Below, piece after piece: positions 58,762 through 64,000 of a DNA stretch of 64,000 bases. The stretch is from Alphaproteobacteria bacterium (lineage in GTDB: Bacteria; Pseudomonadota; Alphaproteobacteria; MPNO01). Position numbers and translations under genes: made by a program. The stretch covers positions 2,496,001 through 2,560,000 of the forward strand of contig CBDFLJ010000002.1 of assembly GCA_965248835.1 (NCBI GenBank). The letters are read 5' to 3'. The notes under the pieces are model-generated. The model made no database searches. It saw nothing but the letters and a program-made list of their open reading frames with translations, and was not told the DNA's origin. Numbering within the stretch: the stretch's first letter is position 1; each line of letters opens with the position of its first letter.

Positions 58762-59016
58762 CGGGATTTTCCTTCGGCTCGTTGGATCGGGCGGCCTGCG
58801 CCCGCGCCGATGATGGCACCGCGCGGTCGGACCGACAATGCCCTGCACTCTGCACCAGGTCATGCCGGGCCGGGCGTTCGGCAATTGCGGATATTGTGCG
58901 GACGGCCGTGGATTGCTACCGTCTGTTCGAAACGTGCGACTTCACGGGCGCATCGCGCCCCGGCACGCAACCAGGACCGTCCGCGCGCAAGGCGGTCGAT
59001 ATCAGGTGGAGGCACC

Positions 59017-60129
59017 ATGGCACAGGACAAACGCGACATAAGCTCAAAGACCCCCACGCGCCGGTCGTTCCTCGCCGGGACGACCGGGCTCGGCCTCATT
59101 CTCGCAACGGGCACCGCGCCCGCGTTCATCCGGGAAGCCGGTGCATCGAAGATGCGCAAGGTCTCCTTCATGCTGCCCTGGCTGTTCGTCGGCGGGCATG
59201 CCTTCGAGTTCGCCGCACAGAAGCTCTATTGGAAGAAGCGCGGTCTCGACGTCTCGATCACCCGCGGCTACGGCTCCGGCGCGGCCTGCAAGACGATCTC
59301 CGCCGGCAAAGCGATGTTCGGCGAGGCGAGCTACGGCGTGATGGTCAACGGCGTGTCCAAGGGACTCGATGCCGTCGCCATCGGCGCCAAGCTGCAGCGC
59401 AGCCCGATCGCGATCTCCTGCCGGCGCGATTCCGGCATCCGCACCGCGAAGGACCTGGAGGGCAGACGCATCGTCCAGGCCGCGGCCTCGGGCGACACGG
59501 TGATGTTCCCGGGCTTCGTCAAGGCCGCGGGCATCGATCGGCCGAAGATCAACCAGACCATCGTCCATCCGTCCAAGCTGATCTCGACGGTGGTCAACAA
59601 GCAGGCCGACTGCTGCGGCTCCTACTACGTCTCCAACGCGGCCACGCTGGCCCACAAGACGCCGGCGATCCACTTCATGTACGCCGACTTCGGGCTGCAG
59701 ACCCTCGATCTCGGGCTGATCACCCGCTCGGACATGATCAAGAACGACCCGCAGCTGGTCCAGGACATGGTCGATGGCGGCATGGAGGGGCTCAAGCTGC
59801 AGATCCTGGAGCCCGAGAAGTGCCTGGACATCATGATCGAGGCCAAGCCGGAGCTGAAGACCCTAGACAAGCAGCTCCTTCTGACCCATGCCGGCAATAC
59901 CAACGCGCTCTCGCTCGGTCCGGCGGTGAAGGAGCACGGCCTCGGCTACATGTCCGAATCAGACCAGACCAAGACCCGAGACGTGGTCATCAAGTACATG
60001 GAAGCCAAGAACGTTCCGCCGATCGGCGCGCTGTTCACCAACCGCTTCGCAGGCAACATCAAGTTTTCGGCGAGCGAGTGGGAAACCGCGAACCGCATCA
60101 ACGCCAAGTTCGCTCCGGCCAAGACCTGA
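59017..60129 (+). CDS. NMT1/THI5-like ABC substrate-binding protein, Tat signal
   Basis: TRRSFL Tat motif, GLDV.I.RG.GS, KDLEG, YADFG; GGAGG RBS. Confidence 0.85.
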   Translation: MAQDKRDISSKTPTRRSFLAGTTGLGLILATGTAPAFIREAGASKMRKVSFMLPWLFVGGHAFEFAAQKLYWKKRGLDVSITRGYGSGAACKTISAGKAMFGEASYGVMVNGVSKGLDAVAIGAKLQRSPIAISCRRDSGIRTAKDLEGRRIVQAAASGDTVMFPGFVKAAGIDRPKINQTIVHPSKLISTVVNKQADCCGSYYVSNAATLAHKTPAIHFMYADFGLQTLDLGLITRSDMIKNDPQLVQDMVDGGMEGLKLQILEPEKCLDIMIEAKPELKTLDKQLLLTHAGNTNALSLGPAVKEHGLGYMSESDQTKTRDVVIKYMEAKNVPPIGALFTNRFAGNIKFSASEWETANRINAKFAPAKT

Positions 60130-60173
60130 TCCGGACGCCGCGATCTCCGGATCGCACCCACAAGCCGTAAGGA

Positions 60174-60203
60174 CCGGCCCGCCTCCGTGAGGAGGCGGGC
60201 CGG
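60174..60203 (+). promoter_or_regulatory. Perfect 13-bp intercistronic hairpin with GNRA loop overlapping the next RBS
   Basis: CCGGCCCGCCTCC-GTGA-GGAGGCGGGCCGG; no U tract. Confidence 0.6.
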
Positions 60204-60980
60204 GTGCTGCGCTCCATGGCCGATAAACCGATCCACGTCGATATCAGCGCGCTCCGCAAGATCTACCAGACAAGGCGCGAGGAGATCGAAGCGATCCGCA
60301 ATGTCGACATGGCGGTCTCCGAGGGCGAGTTCGTGTCGATCCTCGGCCCCAGCGGCTGCGGCAAGTCGACGCTGCTCATGGCGGTCGGCGGCCTGTTGCC
60401 GATCAGCGCGGGCTCGATCACGATCCACGAGGAGCATGTCACCGGGCCCCGGCCGGATACCGGGGTCGTCTTCCAGTCGCCGGTGCTGATGCCCTGGCGG
60501 ACGATCGAGCGCAACGTCCTGTTCCCGATCGAGAGCCTCGGGCTCAAGCTCGCCGACTACAGGGCCCATGCCGAAGAGCTGCTGAGCATGACCGGGCTGG
60601 ACGGCTTCGCCGAGAACTTCCCGGCCGAGCTGTCGGGCGGCATGCAGCAGCGCGTGGCGATATGCCGTGCGCTGATCCACAACCCGAGCCTGCTGTTGAT
60701 GGACGAGCCGTTCAGCGCACTCGATGCGATGACCCGCGATCAGATGAACCAGGAACTCCTGCGGATCTGGCAGGAATTCCAGAAGACGGTCCTGTTCGTC
60801 ACCCATTCGATCCGCGAGGCGGTCTTCCTGTCCGACCGGGTGTTCGTGATGTCGCCGCGGCCGGCGGTGATCAGCAAGGTCGTCGACATCGACCTGCCCC
60901 GTCCGCGCACGCTGGAGATCGAGGAGACGCCGGAATTCAACGTCTATGTCGCCGGCCTGCGCAAGGCGATCGAAGGCTGA
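60204..60980 (+). CDS. TauB/SsuB-type ABC ATP-binding protein
   Basis: GPSGCGKST, LSGGMQQR, LLMDEPF, VTH; alternative ATG at 60216. Confidence 0.92.
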   Translation: MLRSMADKPIHVDISALRKIYQTRREEIEAIRNVDMAVSEGEFVSILGPSGCGKSTLLMAVGGLLPISAGSITIHEEHVTGPRPDTGVVFQSPVLMPWRTIERNVLFPIESLGLKLADYRAHAEELLSMTGLDGFAENFPAELSGGMQQRVAICRALIHNPSLLLMDEPFSALDAMTRDQMNQELLRIWQEFQKTVLFVTHSIREAVFLSDRVFVMSPRPAVISKVVDIDLPRPRTLEIEETPEFNVYVAGLRKAIEG

Positions 60981-60994
60981 GCGAAGGGGAACCG

Positions 60995-61801
60995 ATGGCC
61001 ACCAACCTCGACACCGAAGAAACGGGATGGGTTGCCAAGTTCGCCGCCCAGGTGACGAACCTTACACCTGCGGTGGTGATCTCGATCATGATCCTGGTGC
61101 TGTGGCAGGTCCTGGTGGTGATCCTCAAGATCCCCGAGGCGATTCTGCCGACGCCGACGCGCATCTTCGACGTGATGATCGAACGCCGCGAGCTGTTGCT
61201 CCAGCACACCTGGCCCACCACCGAGCAATGCATCTACGGCTTCCTGCTGGCGGTCGTGGTCGGCGTCGGGCTCGGGATCATGCTCGCCTTCTCGCGGCTG
61301 TTCCGGGTCGGCGTCTATCCGCTGGTCATCGCCTTCCAGGTAGTGCCGAAGGTCGCACTGGCCCCCCTGTTCATCGTCTGGTTCGGGCTGGGGACCACCT
61401 CGCGCGTGCTGCTCGCTTTCGTGATCGCCTTCTTCCCGATGGTGGTGAACACCTATGCCGGGATCCAGAGCACCGACCCGGTGATGATCCGCATGGCGCG
61501 CTCGTTCAGCGCCAGCCGGTGGACCATCTTCTCCAAGATCGAGTTCCCGACGGCGCTGCCCTACATCTTCTCCGGGCTCAAGATCGGCATCACCTTTGCC
61601 GTGATCGGCATCATCGTGGCGGAGTTCGTGACCGCTCAGGAGGGGCTGGGCTATCTGATCGTGTTTTCCGAGGGCAATGTCGATACACCGATGCTGATGG
61701 CCGCGATCATCGTCTTGAGCGTCGTCGGCGTGATCCTTTACGCGCTCATCATCTGGCTCGAGAAGCTCATCATCCGCTGGGATGTCGGCCAGAAGTTCTG
61801 A
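60995..61801 (+). CDS. TauC/SsuC-type ABC permease
   Basis: LPTP, PKVALAP, PTALP.IFSGL, AEF..GLG. Confidence 0.9.
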   Translation: MATNLDTEETGWVAKFAAQVTNLTPAVVISIMILVLWQVLVVILKIPEAILPTPTRIFDVMIERRELLLQHTWPTTEQCIYGFLLAVVVGVGLGIMLAFSRLFRVGVYPLVIAFQVVPKVALAPLFIVWFGLGTTSRVLLAFVIAFFPMVVNTYAGIQSTDPVMIRMARSFSASRWTIFSKIEFPTALPYIFSGLKIGITFAVIGIIVAEFVTAQEGLGYLIVFSEGNVDTPMLMAAIIVLSVVGVILYALIIWLEKLIIRWDVGQKF

Positions 61802-61827
61802 GCCCGCACCGTGCCCGGGAGGCCGTG

Positions 61828-62706
61828 TTGAAGCCGCCGAAGTTCGACTATTTCGCACCCGAGACGCTGGAGGAGGCCCTGGACCTGCTGTCCCGGCACG
61901 GGGCGGATGCCAAGGTTCTGGCCGGTGGCCAGAGCCTGATGCCGATGCTCAATTTCCGCCTCGCCCGGCCGGCGGTGCTGATCGACCTCAACCGCATCCC
62001 GGGTCTCGCCGGGATCGACAACGGCGGCGGGACGATCAGGATCGGCGCGATGACCCGCCAGCGCGACATCGAGGAGTCCGAGATCGTGGCGCACGCCGCG
62101 CCGCTGCTGCATGAGGCCACGCGCCACATCGCGCATCTGCCGATCCGCACGCGCGGGACCATCGGCGGCAGCATCGCCAACGCCGACCCGGCGGCCGAGG
62201 ACCCGGCGGTGGCCGTGGCGCTCGATGCAACGATGATCTGCCGCAGCACGCGGGGCGAGCGGCGGATCGAGGCGGCCGGGTTCTTTCGTGACGTGCTGAC
62301 CACCGCGCTCGAGGCCGACGAAATCCTCACCGGCGTCGAATTTCCCGCGCGAGTCGGCTCGGACACCGGATCGGCGTTCGCCGAGATCAGCCGGCGCGAG
62401 GGCGATTTCGCGCTCGCCGGGGTCGCCGCGCAGATCACCTTTGCCGACGGCAAGGTCGGCGAGGCGCGCATCGCCGGATGCGGGATCGGCCCGGCACCGA
62501 TGCGGATCGCCGAGGCGGAAGCGGCACTCCTCGGATCGACCGCCGATGCGGCCGCGATCGCCGCCGGCGCCCGAGCCGTTGCCGAGGCGGCCGATCCGCA
62601 CGGTGACGTCCACGCCAGCGCGGACTACCGCCGCAAGCTCGCCGGCGCCATCGCTGCCCGCGCGATCGCGACCGCGGCCCGGCGCGCATCCGGAGCGGAA
62701 CAATGA
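61828..62706 (+). CDS. coxM: Mo-hydroxylase FAD-binding (medium) subunit
   Basis: AGGQSL, RGTIGGS.ANADP, RR.GDFA, ASADYR. Confidence 0.88.
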   Translation: MKPPKFDYFAPETLEEALDLLSRHGADAKVLAGGQSLMPMLNFRLARPAVLIDLNRIPGLAGIDNGGGTIRIGAMTRQRDIEESEIVAHAAPLLHEATRHIAHLPIRTRGTIGGSIANADPAAEDPAVAVALDATMICRSTRGERRIEAAGFFRDVLTTALEADEILTGVEFPARVGSDTGSAFAEISRREGDFALAGVAAQITFADGKVGEARIAGCGIGPAPMRIAEAEAALLGSTADAAAIAAGARAVAEAADPHGDVHASADYRRKLAGAIAARAIATAARRASGAEQ

Positions 62707-63197
62707 AGCGTTCCGTGACGCTCAAGGTCAATGGCCGGACCCGCAGCGCCGAGGCCGAGCCGCGCATGCTGCTGTGCGATTTTCTGCGCGAGTCGCTGCG
62801 CCTGACCGGCACCCATGTCGGCTGCGAGCACGGCATCTGCGGCGCTTGCACGGTCCATGTCGACGGCAAGGCGGCGCGGTCGTGCCTGATGCTCGCCGTC
62901 CAGGCCGAAGGCGCGGAGATCACCACCATCGAGGGCCTGGCCGACGGCGAGACGCTGCACATCCTGCAGAGGCTGTTCGCCAAGCACCGGGCGCTGCAGT
63001 GCGGCTTCTGCACGCCCGGCATGCTGATGACCGCGCTCGATCTGGTGGGCCGGCGCCCGAGCATGGACGAGGCGGAGATCCGATCCGGCATGGCGGCGGT
63101 CCTGTGCCGCTGCACCGGCTACGAGGGCATCGTGCACGCGATCGCCGAATACGCCAGCACGCTACCCGGTGCGAAAAGCGGGGAGCCCGCAGGATGA
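62703..63197 (+). CDS. coxS: Mo-hydroxylase [2Fe-2S] small subunit
   Basis: GCEHGICGAC, SC, QCGFCTPG, CRCTGY. Confidence 0.92.
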   Translation: MKRSVTLKVNGRTRSAEAEPRMLLCDFLRESLRLTGTHVGCEHGICGACTVHVDGKAARSCLMLAVQAEGAEITTIEGLADGETLHILQRLFAKHRALQCGFCTPGMLMTALDLVGRRPSMDEAEIRSGMAAVLCRCTGYEGIVHAIAEYASTLPGAKSGEPAG

Positions 63198-64000
63198 GCC
63201 GCTCACCCGACGGATATATCGGCCGTTCGGTCCCGCGCCGCGAGGACAAGCGGCTGCTGCGCGGCGAGGGCAGCTATGTCGCCGACATAGTGCTGCCCGA
63301 CATGGTCCACGTCGCCTTCGCGCGCAGCCAGGTCGCCCATGCGGCCATCGCTTCGATCGACGTGGCGGCGGCCGGCGGGGCGGAGGGCGTCGTGCTGGCG
63401 CTGTCGGGCGCGGATCTCGCCGGCGAGCTTGCGCCGATCGGCGGGATGCAGGTCTCCGCGCCCAAGGGCTGGGCCGACCGCGTCCGCCACCGGATCACCT
63501 TGCCGCCCCAGCGCATCCTGGCCGACGACAAGGTGCGCTATGTCGGCGAAGCCTATGCGCTGGCGGTCGCCGAAGACCGTTACCTGGCTGAGGACGCGGT
63601 CGAGCTGATCGAGGCCGCGTTCGAGCCGATCCAGGTGCTGCCGGACGCTGAGGCCGCGCTGGCCGAGGGTGCGCCGGCGGTCCATCCCGAACTCGGCGGC
63701 AACGCGGTCGCCGAGCTCCACATCGAAAAGGGCGACGTGGCGGCGGCGATGGAAGCGGCGCCACATCGGATCAAGCGGCGCTTCGTCCACCACCGCTATG
63801 CGGCGATGCCGATGGAATGCCGCGGGGTGGTGGCCGAATACGAGCGCCGCACCGACACGTTGACCGTCTGGTCCTCGACCCAGGTGGTCCACTGGGTGCG
63901 CAAGGAAATCGCGCTCACCCTCGGCCTGCCCGAGGAGAAGATCCGGGTGATCGCGCCCGATGTCGGCGGCGGGTTCGGCGGCAAGGGCCACGTCTATCCC
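63194..64000 (+). CDS. Mo-hydroxylase large subunit, partial (runs off window)
   Basis: Read manually: MSRSPDGYIGRSVPRREDKRLLRG...STQ...PDVGGGFGGKG; ATGA overlap with coxS. Confidence 0.9.
   Translation, partial: MSRSPDGYIGRSVPRREDKRLLRGEGSYVADIVLPDMVHVAFARSQVAHAAIASIDVAAAGGAEGVVLALSGADLAGELAPIGGMQVSAPKGWADRVRHRITLPPQRILADDKVRYVGEAYALAVAEDRYLAEDAVELIEAAFEPIQVLPDAEAALAEGAPAVHPELGGNAVAELHIEKGDVAAAMEAAPHRIKRRFVHHRYAAMPMECRGVVAEYERRTDTLTVWSSTQVVHWVRKEIALTLGLPEEKIRVIAPDVGGGFGGKGHVYP

Noticed and set aside
55887-64000. Aerobic CO dehydrogenase
   Set aside because: L1 lacks AYxCSFR and the L2 active site is off-window; CO oxidation is not supported

Overview
GC-rich (sampled line 601-660: 44/60 G+C), probably alphaproteobacterial chromosomal region; the de novo betaine genes suggest a saline habitat. 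It holds about 47 genes, nearly all catabolic enzymes and solute transporters, and no recognisable transcription regulator. Main elements: a tandem operon of three paralogous UbiD-family (prFMN) decarboxylases with an SDR and no ubiX; an enamidase-like / hydroxy-acid oxidase / ThDP-enzyme block; a GSMT-SDMT-BCCT glycine-betaine operon with a long leader; TTT (TctC plus fused TctA-TctB), TRAP, Dpp-type and NMT1-type transporters; a tungsten AOR-family enzyme; a low-GC islet with an IS630 remnant and an ABC-ATPase-TOPRIM (OLD-like) nuclease; a Cu+ P1B-ATPase with no clear start; a VOC/LLM oxygenase cluster; a CocE/NonD pseudogene with two lesions; an orphan nitrile-hydratase-beta-like gene coupled to an acyl-CoA synthetase; and two Mo-hydroxylase large subunits around one M/S pair. 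A ~100-bp inverted-repeat (MITE-like) element lies at 31547-31648. No rRNA, tRNA or CRISPR was seen. All family calls come from motif recognition by eye, not database searches.
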